IMG/VR virus record: IMGVR_UViG_3300045988_130225
Coordinates: 32,001 to 96,000 of that record
Origin: a virus
Direction: 5' to 3' (one strand)
Length of the DNA: 64,000 bases
Below are positions 29,431 to 37,636 of the stretch, piece after piece (positions within the stretch are counted from its first letter, which is position 1; every line of letters starts with the position of its first letter). The notes under the pieces are model-generated. The model made no database searches and was not told the DNA's origin. It saw only the letters and a program-made list of their open reading frames with translations. A program made the position numbers and the translations under genes.

Positions 29431-31044
29431 CTATTGATTTCGTGACCGTTCAGCAGAATCAGAAATGGCTTCTTCACTTTGAGGTCTACCAACTTGTCCA
29501 CTACCCCCACTCATGGTATGAATAGACAAAAGTTGTGATAAATTGTCTAAGAAATCACTATTATGTGCTTCTTCCAACATTCTCTCAAAATCCATAGGTT
29601 TATATCCAAAAGCAGACGCATAAGCACTTGAATTAAGTACCATACCCACATCTGCTAATTTCATAATAGCATCTTGCTTCTTTTTACGCCAAAATGGTTG
29701 TGTACATCCATCAAACGTAAACTTAAACTTAAATTGTTTAGTTTTCTGATTAGCATAGAACTCTAAGAAATTGTTAAATTGAGTATATAATTTAGCCACA
29801 ATCTCATAATCAGCAGTAATAGCCGCTTGAAGTTCTTCGTTTGACATTCTATCCGTAGCGTAAATTAAACGGCTTGCAGAACTACCATATCCCACTGTAT
29901 CTTTAGCGGCAGTAGTAGCCATATCTGTGTTTTTATCCTCAAACTGTTTAAATTCAACTTCTTCAAGAGGTAAAGCAATAGAACGAACAATTTTATCTTG
30001 TGTCATAGAGTTTTTCAATCCACTAGCGACAAGTTTCATTAATCGTCCTAATGTACTTGGTTTGACTGCAAACCTATCAGCAACCTCACCAGATTTTGCA
30101 GAATCTTGCATTTTCATCTCACCGTAAAGTATACCAAAAGCACTGGCAATATCTTTATTTTTTTGTAACTTTGCAATCTCTGTGTTATTGAAAACATTCT
30201 TTAAATACGGAGCCATAAAAGGAACACTTGCAAAATTACTTGTGTCAAACTTGAAAGCCCAGAAACCATCATTAGGACTTGTCTGGTGATAAAGAGTAAA
30301 AGTACCATCACGATTACTTAAGCCGTTTGACGGAATATAATCTTTAAAATCTTTACCGTCCCATACTTCTCTAAGGTATTTTTTAAACACAGGAGCATAG
30401 CAATCTATATCTACACCTTGCATACCAATAAAGTACATCATGTCGAAGTCGAATAATAAGCCACTTTCAAAATAACCAGTTAAGATACATCTATCTTGTG
30501 GCAATGTTTGTAGAGCATATTTAGGATTGTTTCTATCCATGTTTGTTCTAAAACTTGTATAGTGTACTTCATGTCTTAAAAGCTGTTTTACAACTTTTTT
30601 AAATTCACCTTTGTAATCAAAATTATCAAGGAATTTATAAATTCTTGCTTTATCAGCTTTATAATTATCAGACTTATAATCTTCTTTCTTAGCGTTTTTA
30701 CAAGTAATTTGCAAATCAAAAGAAAGGAGATTTGTGTAGTATTCAATAGTTCTGTTATAAATCATATCGAATACTTCCATAAACTCACTATAAGCCTGTA
30801 AGTTTGTAGCACCAGTTTTATACTCGCTTAAAGCCTTTATAATATCGTCATATTTTGGAATCTTAGCATTGTTGTTAAGATTAACCAAATTCTGATTACT
30901 TAACCATGGACTATATACTCCAAAACTATCCAATCCATATAAACTCTGAGCAAAACTTACTACATCATAAACCTGTTGTTCTGATAACATAACAGGTTCT
31001 TCTACTTTAGGAGTTAATCTTTGACTATTTTTCGTAGTTCTCAT
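29431..31044 (-). CDS. portal protein
   Basis: 537 aa, the next structural gene after the terminase in transcription order. Acidic C-terminus. Called on size and position. Confidence 0.6.
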   Translation of the reverse strand: MRTTKNSQRLTPKVEEPVMLSEQQVYDVVSFAQSLYGLDSFGVYSPWLSNQNLVNLNNNAKIPKYDDIIKALSEYKTGATNLQAYSEFMEVFDMIYNRTIEYYTNLLSFDLQITCKNAKKEDYKSDNYKADKARIYKFLDNFDYKGEFKKVVKQLLRHEVHYTSFRTNMDRNNPKYALQTLPQDRCILTGYFESGLLFDFDMMYFIGMQGVDIDCYAPVFKKYLREVWDGKDFKDYIPSNGLSNRDGTFTLYHQTSPNDGFWAFKFDTSNFASVPFMAPYLKNVFNNTEIAKLQKNKDIASAFGILYGEMKMQDSAKSGEVADRFAVKPSTLGRLMKLVASGLKNSMTQDKIVRSIALPLEEVEFKQFEDKNTDMATTAAKDTVGYGSSASRLIYATDRMSNEELQAAITADYEIVAKLYTQFNNFLEFYANQKTKQFKFKFTFDGCTQPFWRKKKQDAIMKLADVGMVLNSSAYASAFGYKPMDFERMLEEAHNSDFLDNLSQLLSIHTMSGGSGQVGRPQSEEAISDSAERSRNQ

Positions 31045-31114
31045 CTCCTTTCTTCAAATATTTTTATTTAAAGGCAGTCAAATCATAGCAGTTGATAAGA
31101 CCGCCTATATACAC

Positions 31115-32995
31115 TTAGAACACAAGTTGGTCTAACTCATCTAAATTGGTATCTCTTTGTTCATCTACAGCATACTTATCACCTATTAAGGTTGCAATAT
31201 GGTTTCCGTAACTCAAAGCTACAATTTTATCCTTTGTCGCACTATTTCTGTTAGGTTCTGATAATTTCAAAATACCGTTATTCCATGTTTGAGTTAAACT
31301 AATAGCTTCTGACATCATTAATGCAGTTTGAACATATGGCAACTTAATATTAACTTTTTCCTCAGAACTCATAGTAAGATAATTTACATCTTCTTCAAGT
31401 TCTGTTTCAATCGTTAATTCATCTACCAAAAATTCAATCATTTCATTATCTAGGGCTTTCTTTAAATCAAGCCACATTAAACTATTTCGTTCACTTGTAC
31501 CAACAATAGGTATGATACATGGTATAGCTTCTGCATCAACCGTTTTGCCTTTAAGTTCTTGAATTTTAGCGTCTGGAACTATCTGTAAAGCAGATTCATA
31601 ACAAACTGTAAATCCATGTGGATTCCAATTACTTCGTGATGGGTGTTCAAAAGGTTTAGATAACTCTGTATAATAAAGAGTACCACCGCTTCTTTCGTCC
31701 ATTACGATATAATCTGCTTGGTAATCCCAAAAGAACTCTCTAATCTTTTGTTGAAATCCCTCACTATCACTAGCAGGGTGCGTTCCAATATATTCTACTT
31801 TTCGTCTTGTCTTACCATCTTTCATAATGACAGACATACAACCAATAACACTATTATCGTTATCGTTTGTATTGCTGTTTACAAAAGCATAATCAATGAA
31901 AAGTAAACGTTTTTCAAATTCACCTTTAGGTCTGTTACCTAAATCAGTTGACATAAATATATCCATAGGCGTAGGTGGTTTATAGGCTTTTTTTATCACT
32001 TGATTCTTTCTGAAATCTTCAAGTAAGAAGAAAGCACCCTCTGTTTCACCATACATTTCATTCAAATCTTCTGTTACAAAGTCAATATCTGAATCAAATT
32101 CTTTATCATGCCAGTAATCAGCCCATGTTTTAAGGTTAAATAAAATTGCAAGAAAAATATTAGAAGCAAAGAAATTATATGTATGGTCTTTTCGTATCAT
32201 ACTTTGTTGAACAACAAGTTTAAATTCTTGCCAGAAACTTTCACTTCTAAATCTTGCAGATGTAATACTTATAGTTTTACATTGCTCAACCCAACGTGGC
32301 AATGTTTTTCCATTACTATCTTTATATTCGTCCAACAACGAAAATTTAGATTGTCTTGGGTGAGCCATTTTAGAGAATACAGAATCTATTAAACTTTTCT
32401 TCAAAAGTCTACGTTCTTCATATATAAGCATAGTTGCCCTAGAACCTCTACTGCTGTTCAGACAAGGTAAAACCGTTATCATACTGCCATTTATTTTGCT
32501 CAAATCTACTTCTACACAATCATTATTATACCTAAAAACTATATCGCCATTCTCATAATAATATTGTAAAACTGGTGAAAGTTTCTTGCAAAGTTCATCT
32601 TCTATTTTCTTTTTTACTAGCTTTGTAGCCTGTGGAATAGTAGAAGATGTAATAACAACTTCTGCAAACGGGTATAAACATGAGTGTATGACAGCGAGAA
32701 GTCCTGCAATCATTGACTTAGAAGCACCTCTCGAACAAATCGCATACCAATATTGGCTAATTCCTGCTAAATAAACCATAACATGCTGAAACGGATATAA
32801 TTTAATCTTTAATCTTCTTTCAGCATATATATTCCAATTACGTCTATAAAATGTTGTCCATTCCTTAATATTTTTCTTTCTTTGTTCCCACGGTAATCTT
32901 CTGTCAGTCTTTTTCTTTTCTTCTTGTTTTTTCTTTCTTTTTTCCACAAGACTAATAATATCTATATCTTTGTTTTCCTCTAACATAGACATCAC
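31115..32995 (-). CDS. terL: terminase large subunit
   Basis: 626 aa. Walker A-like CSRGASKS, Walker B-like TMLIYEE, and a C-terminal Asp-rich nuclease half (LFIDYAFVNSN...). The best RBS (AGGTGA) favours ATG 32986. Confidence 0.8.
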   Translation of the reverse strand: MMSMLEENKDIDIISLVEKRKKKQEEKKKTDRRLPWEQRKKNIKEWTTFYRRNWNIYAERRLKIKLYPFQHVMVYLAGISQYWYAICSRGASKSMIAGLLAVIHSCLYPFAEVVITSSTIPQATKLVKKKIEDELCKKLSPVLQYYYENGDIVFRYNNDCVEVDLSKINGSMITVLPCLNSSRGSRATMLIYEERRLLKKSLIDSVFSKMAHPRQSKFSLLDEYKDSNGKTLPRWVEQCKTISITSARFRSESFWQEFKLVVQQSMIRKDHTYNFFASNIFLAILFNLKTWADYWHDKEFDSDIDFVTEDLNEMYGETEGAFFLLEDFRKNQVIKKAYKPPTPMDIFMSTDLGNRPKGEFEKRLLFIDYAFVNSNTNDNDNSVIGCMSVIMKDGKTRRKVEYIGTHPASDSEGFQQKIREFFWDYQADYIVMDERSGGTLYYTELSKPFEHPSRSNWNPHGFTVCYESALQIVPDAKIQELKGKTVDAEAIPCIIPIVGTSERNSLMWLDLKKALDNEMIEFLVDELTIETELEEDVNYLTMSSEEKVNIKLPYVQTALMMSEAISLTQTWNNGILKLSEPNRNSATKDKIVALSYGNHIATLIGDKYAVDEQRDTNLDELDQLVF

Positions 32996-33031
32996 CTAAT
33001 CTTTCTTTCGTGGAATTAAAGGATACTCCTT

Positions 33032-33144
33032 TGTGCCTGCTCTGAACCTCCCACGACTAAAGTCGCAGGGTTCTCGGTCAATAACTCTATTGAGTTAAGT
33101 ATCACCAAGCTAACCCCGTAGTTCCTACGGTTTTTATATATCAT
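33032..33144 (-). ncRNA. putative omega RNA of TnpB-2
   Basis: The 3' flank of tnpB has hairpins CCGTAG/CTACGG, AACTC/GAGTT and CGACT/AGTCG. The guide would be GGAGGTTCAGAGCAGGCACA, just past the right end. Confidence 0.4.
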
Positions 33145-34257
33145 TTAAACATTTAAAATTCTTAAACCCTCATTCAAAATATTAATAGAAGCATTATCAT
33201 CTCTATTCAATTTTGAACCGCAGTTAGAACAAATCCAGTATCTAATCTCAACAGGCTTTTTACCACCATTAACACCACAACAATGACAAATTTGTGAAGA
33301 AGGAAAATATCTATTAATTACAGATAATATTTTTCCATACCAAATAGATTTATAAGTCAACATTCTACGAAATTCAGACCAAGAAACATCATTCACATGT
33401 TTATTACGAACACTGGAATCTGTTTCCCTCATAGACTGTACATCTAAATCTTCAATACAAATAATATCATATTGTTTAACAATATTAGTAGTCAATTTCT
33501 GTAAAAAGTCTTTACGTTGATTAGATATATGTTTTTGTAAATTTGCGACTTTAATTCTTGCTTTATTCCAATTAGAACCACCGATTGCTTTTCTCGATAA
33601 TTCTCTTTGTAACTTAGCAAGTTTCTTTTCTGACTTTTCATAAAATCTAGGATTTTTAATCTTAATACCGTCAGATAAGATTGCAAAATCTACAATCCCT
33701 AAATCTATTCCAACATTTTTATTTGTTTTTGGATATTGTGGAAATTCTATATCAGTACAGCATAATGAACAATAGTAATGTCCGTTTGGTTCTTGTGATA
33801 TAGTAGCGTTAAGTATTCTTCCTTGCGGAATTTGCTTATCACGAACTTTTACAAAACCTAATTTTGGAAGCCTGATATGCTTACTTTCAAATCTTATATT
33901 ATTAGTAGTACAACTTGTAGTATAAGATTGATGTCTATTTTTCTTAGATTTAAAATTAGGAAAACCAGTTTGCTTTTTAAAAAGTTTTTGATATGCATTA
34001 TCTAAATTTTTCAAAGTTTTCTGTAAAGCATCTTTATCTGGTTCTTTAAGCCATTCATTTTCTTTCTTTAACTGAGTAAGCATTTTACTTGTGTCGTAAT
34101 AGTTTAAAGTTTTCTTATTTTCTTTATACTCAGTTATTCTTTTGTCTAAGAAATAATTATAAACATATCTACAGCAACCAAAAGTTTTCTGTATTAATTC
34201 TTGCTGTTTCTTATTCGGATAAATTCTATACTTAAAAGCCTTTTCCAACAATATCAC
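33145..34257 (-). CDS. tnpB: TnpB RNA-guided nuclease
   Basis: 370 aa. VGIDLGIVDF, ICIEDLDVQSM and LNRDDNASINI, plus CHCCG...CSNCG zinc finger. Confidence 0.85.
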   Translation of the reverse strand: MILLEKAFKYRIYPNKKQQELIQKTFGCCRYVYNYFLDKRITEYKENKKTLNYYDTSKMLTQLKKENEWLKEPDKDALQKTLKNLDNAYQKLFKKQTGFPNFKSKKNRHQSYTTSCTTNNIRFESKHIRLPKLGFVKVRDKQIPQGRILNATISQEPNGHYYCSLCCTDIEFPQYPKTNKNVGIDLGIVDFAILSDGIKIKNPRFYEKSEKKLAKLQRELSRKAIGGSNWNKARIKVANLQKHISNQRKDFLQKLTTNIVKQYDIICIEDLDVQSMRETDSSVRNKHVNDVSWSEFRRMLTYKSIWYGKILSVINRYFPSSQICHCCGVNGGKKPVEIRYWICSNCGSKLNRDDNASINILNEGLRILNV

Positions 34258-34344
34258 TTCCTTTCATAAATTAACTTATAACATATTTATATATAAATGT
34301 CAAGTTAAATTATGAAAAGAATTACTTTAGTTTAAATAATATAT

Positions 34345-34778
34345 AAAAACCGTAAGTTACTTTAGTTACGTTTTGAGATTGTCGTTCACATAGGTTCGCT
34401 ACTCCTATGCAGTTCTCCAATGAACTTCTTGTACTTTCATACAAGCACAGACTATATCTTATCCCTCACCATTACGTGTTAGGGTCTACCCACTTCCACA
34501 CGCTTGTGTGTACTTCCCTCAAGAGGAATAGTCGTTGAAGTTTTCCTTTCGGACTTACCTGCTAATTGCCTATTTTTCAGTGTTTAGGATTTAACCATGC
34601 ACCATTCATTCAATTTTTTCTACTTTCGTCACATTCACGCTTATACCCTTTAAGGTATTACGTTGTAGTTTGAATGACTTTAAGGTTTCCTAGCAATTCA
34701 AGTAGTATTGGATGCTAAAAGCATCGCTACGTGCAAGTTTCCCTACACGCTAACTATTTCGTAAAACGTTCGCTTACT
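34345..34778 (-). ncRNA. group I intron ribozyme core
   Basis: The minus-strand RNA contains GGUAGACCCUAACACG...GGGAUAAGAUAUAGUCU (34490-34449). AUAAGAUAUAGUC equals the J8/7-P7 string of the Tetrahymena intron as I recall it. It is followed by P9-like hairpins at 34428-34445 and 34389-34409. The region is ORF-free and GC-richer. Confidence 0.6.
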
Positions 34779-34803
34779 CACGACTAAAGTTATGAATATG
34801 CGT

Positions 34804-35658
34804 TCACGATTTAATCAAATTCTTTACAGCAGAAACTACATACTTAAACCAGTCAGCTTCAATATTACAGAAATCCTTATATTTTTCCAAATCTTCACAT
34901 TCACAAGGTTCAGTGTTTTCGATTTCCCAAATCTGATGTTCAAGCATTTGTTCAGTTAAAGTCTTTTCTTTCTTCTGAGTAAAGTTATCAAGTTTTAAAG
35001 TTTTCATTAATTTTAAAACCATATCTTGTTCTTCTTTACCAGAATTACCCATGTCCACTTCTTTTTTATATCTTAATTCAGCAATACAAAGTTTACGATA
35101 CAAACTCTCTTGTGCAGGTGTCAACTTAATATCATCAGTGTAGAATCCCCATCTATACTCAAGATAGGCATAATCTTCATCTGATTGCTCTCCCCAATCC
35201 AGAATTAAATCTTGTATATTTAATTTACGTTGTGTTTCTTCGTCATTGGAAGTCATAGAACTTCTATCTACATCTGTTTGTCCAAAACAATCCCATTTAT
35301 CTGATTTTTTCTTTAAAGCTAAAAAAGTTACATAATACTGTCCCCAGTAGTTATATGTACTAGACAAAGTACCTTCTTCTTTTTCTTTTTCAACTTTTTC
35401 CATCAGACCATCATATACTTTTTGTATAAACGGTATTCCTATCTCAGCACATGTTGACCATAAAGCTAATTTAATATCTCCATATTTACTGTAATAGTTT
35501 TGATAAATCGTTTTACAACAAGTGGTACAATAAGGAACTACTTTATTTGCATGGTTTGGATTGTCAGATTTATAAAATTTCTTAATATCATAAGGTCTGT
35601 TGCAACGAATACAAAATGATTCTGTTATGGGTCTTTCTTTTCTTATAATGGTTGCCAT
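34804..35658 (-). CDS. Zn-finger protein, possible small terminase
   Basis: ORF track 34804..35694. Start is at MATIIRK (GAGGGA RBS). Motif CIRCNRP...CTTCC. Lies upstream of terL. Confidence 0.3.
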   Translation of the reverse strand: MATIIRKERPITESFCIRCNRPYDIKKFYKSDNPNHANKVVPYCTTCCKTIYQNYYSKYGDIKLALWSTCAEIGIPFIQKVYDGLMEKVEKEKEEGTLSSTYNYWGQYYVTFLALKKKSDKWDCFGQTDVDRSSMTSNDEETQRKLNIQDLILDWGEQSDEDYAYLEYRWGFYTDDIKLTPAQESLYRKLCIAELRYKKEVDMGNSGKEEQDMVLKLMKTLKLDNFTQKKEKTLTEQMLEHQIWEIENTEPCECEDLEKYKDFCNIEADWFKYVVSAVKNLIKS

Positions 35659-35700
35659 AACATTCCCTCGTTTCCAACAAAAAAAGAAAGACAATATTAA

Positions 35701-36219
35701 TTATTTGCCTTTCTTTTTCTCTACGAACTCGACATAATCTGGTTCAAGCATTTCAGCTAATCTTTTTTGCTTTCTTACTCTTTTTTGCTTTTCTATCATT
35801 ACTTCTCTTTGAAATTCTGGCTTTACAGCTTCTTTTATTTTAGCCGCAGATTTATTTTTTACTTTTAATGACGGTTCAAGGTTGTTTAAATATCCTTTGA
35901 GATATTCAGAGGTTTTAAATCTAACCATGTACGTCAATGGTATCATAACATTATTTTTCTGTTTCGTCTGAATATTATATACTCTCTTGATTGCACCACC
36001 GCAAGTGGAAATCTTAAAAGTACCAATATTAGGAATATTGAAATAACCGTTATTTTTTATTTCATCTGCCATAATTTCAATAAAAGTTTTCATACATAAC
36101 TTAGCCATTTCAGTTGTGAAACTTGGTTTAGTTTTCTTAACTGAAATGGCTATCAGTTCTGCGAGTTCGTTAGGGCTTAAAGACTTAACAATGACACCAT
36201 CTTTATTAGGTCTTGCCAT
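35701..36219 (-). CDS. HU/IHF-fold DNA-binding protein, long form
   Basis: 172 aa. NELAELIA...TFIEIMADEI...FNIPNIGTFKIS...MVRFKTSEYLK follows the HU-fold pattern, with a basic C-terminal tail. Confidence 0.5.
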   Translation of the reverse strand: MARPNKDGVIVKSLSPNELAELIAISVKKTKPSFTTEMAKLCMKTFIEIMADEIKNNGYFNIPNIGTFKISTCGGAIKRVYNIQTKQKNNVMIPLTYMVRFKTSEYLKGYLNNLEPSLKVKNKSAAKIKEAVKPEFQREVMIEKQKRVRKQKRLAEMLEPDYVEFVEKKKGK

Positions 36220-36239
36220 AACTTGTTACTCCTTTATGA

Positions 36240-36593
36240 TTACTCTACAAAAGGTGCGTCCTGTGTCTTTTCCTTAACGGTTTCTCTTAACTTCTTAGAC
36301 ATCTTAAATACTGGTTTAGTATAATCTGGGGTTGCACTTAACTGTCCAACTTCGCCAGTAGCAGGATTGATAATACCAGTTCTTTCTGGTCTGCCCTTAA
36401 TAGTGGTGAAATCAATCTTTCCAAAACCGTTCATATCAAACTTCTTACCAGAAGCAATGCAAGTAGCGGCAATCTCATAAAATGCAGTCAGAACAGCCTT
36501 TGTGTCCTTCTGAGTAGCCTGTGCCTTGTATGCTACCATCTTTACTAACTCTGCGGTGCTAACCTTAGATACCTTAATTGCTTTCTTTGCCAT
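36240..36593 (-). CDS. HU-like DNA-binding protein
   Basis: 117 aa. STAELVKMVA...AVLTAFYEIAATCIASGKKFDMNGFGKIDFTTIKGRPERTGINPATGE...FKMSKKLRE matches the HU family pattern. Confidence 0.75.
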   Translation of the reverse strand: MAKKAIKVSKVSTAELVKMVAYKAQATQKDTKAVLTAFYEIAATCIASGKKFDMNGFGKIDFTTIKGRPERTGIINPATGEVGQLSATPDYTKPVFKMSKKLRETVKEKTQDAPFVE

Positions 36594-36839
36594 AATAAAT
36601 TACCTCATTTCTTTCTTTTTATTCGTTTTATTCATTTTTATTTCTTAGGGGAATTGGTGAGTGCCTAAAAGGTCACTCCCATACCCCTTTGATTTTTTAT
36701 TTTTGGACGTTCTCTATCCATTAATAGAAAACGATTTTGCTCTTTCAAAAAGTGATTTAATCTTCAATACTTTTTATACAAAATAATTTTATTTTTGAAA
36801 GTGCATATTTTGCACCCTTATTTCACCTTATTGAAAAAA

Positions 36840-37598
36840 TTAGACTGTTTTTGAACATTTTTTACAAACTGCAAATAAAGTGTTGTCAACCTTAATAAGT
36901 TTACCGCATTTTGAACACATTGCATACCCCTCTTTGTAAGTCGCAATTAAAAGGTTTCCCAAATTTTCCATTTCACTGATTCTGAAAACTGGTTCCATTC
37001 CCTCATAATCTTCTAACATTTTTACTTTAATGTTCAAGTTATCGCAAGAGTTTGTAACCTCAACTAAACCTTTGTTTTTCAACTCACCAATCAGTTTCAT
37101 GCGTTCAAAAACGGTACAAGCCACATTTGATAGTTCAAACCAATCACCAATGTCTTTTATGGTTTTAAGGTTCAACCAGCCGTTAGCCGCTTTATAATGA
37201 GCCATAACATATGCAGAAAACATCAACTTACGTTCTCGGTCTGTTTCGCCTTTGAATACTTGTGTCATATCCCATGCATAAACATCTATATACCGTATAT
37301 GACTTAAAGATTTAATAACACCATTTCTTAAATTATCATATACATTCATAATCATTTTACGCCATTTTTCATGCACATATTCTTTTTGATAAATTTTAGT
37401 CATTGCGTTTCTTACCAAATCTTCTACATGATGTAACGCATAATCAAACTCTTTATCGGAATAATATTTAATCAGCCATAAGAGAAATTTAAAAAAACCT
37501 ATATCTGGTTTAACAATTTCTTCTGTTTTATCAGAATAAATATTTATTAAAATATCTCTTACATACTGATTTTCATTAAGAATGATTTTGTTTTTCAT
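36840..37598 (-). CDS. hypothetical protein with C-terminal zinc ribbon
   Basis: 252 aa, ending CSKCGKLIKVDNTLFAVCKKCSK. Confidence 0.55.
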   Translation of the reverse strand: MKNKIILNENQYVRDILINIYSDKTEEIVKPDIGFFKFLLWLIKYYSDKEFDYALHHVEDLVRNAMTKIYQKEYVHEKWRKMIMNVYDNLRNGVIKSLSHIRYIDVYAWDMTQVFKGETDRERKLMFSAYVMAHYKAANGWLNLKTIKDIGDWFELSNVACTVFERMKLIGELKNKGLVEVTNSCDNLNIKVKMLEDYEGMEPVFRISEMENLGNLLIATYKEGYAMCSKCGKLIKVDNTLFAVCKKCSKTV

Positions 37599-37636
37599 AT
37601 CTTACACTCCTATTCTATTACATTTTAATTGTTTTG

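Larger units (their letters stand above)
33052..34778 (-). mobile_element. IStron-like element: group I ribozyme core + tnpB + omega RNA
   Basis: A 12-nt identical repeat ACTTTAGTCGTG (rc of 34779-34790 and of 33052-33063) marks the left flank and right end. The interior holds a ribozyme-like 5' region, tnpB and a structured 3' tail. Confidence 0.55.

Noticed and set aside
29166-29525. The plus-strand ORF 29166..29525, which spans the tnpB start, the left end of the element and the portal stop.
   Set aside because: It is antisense to two well-supported genes and crosses a mobile-element boundary. It has no RBS.
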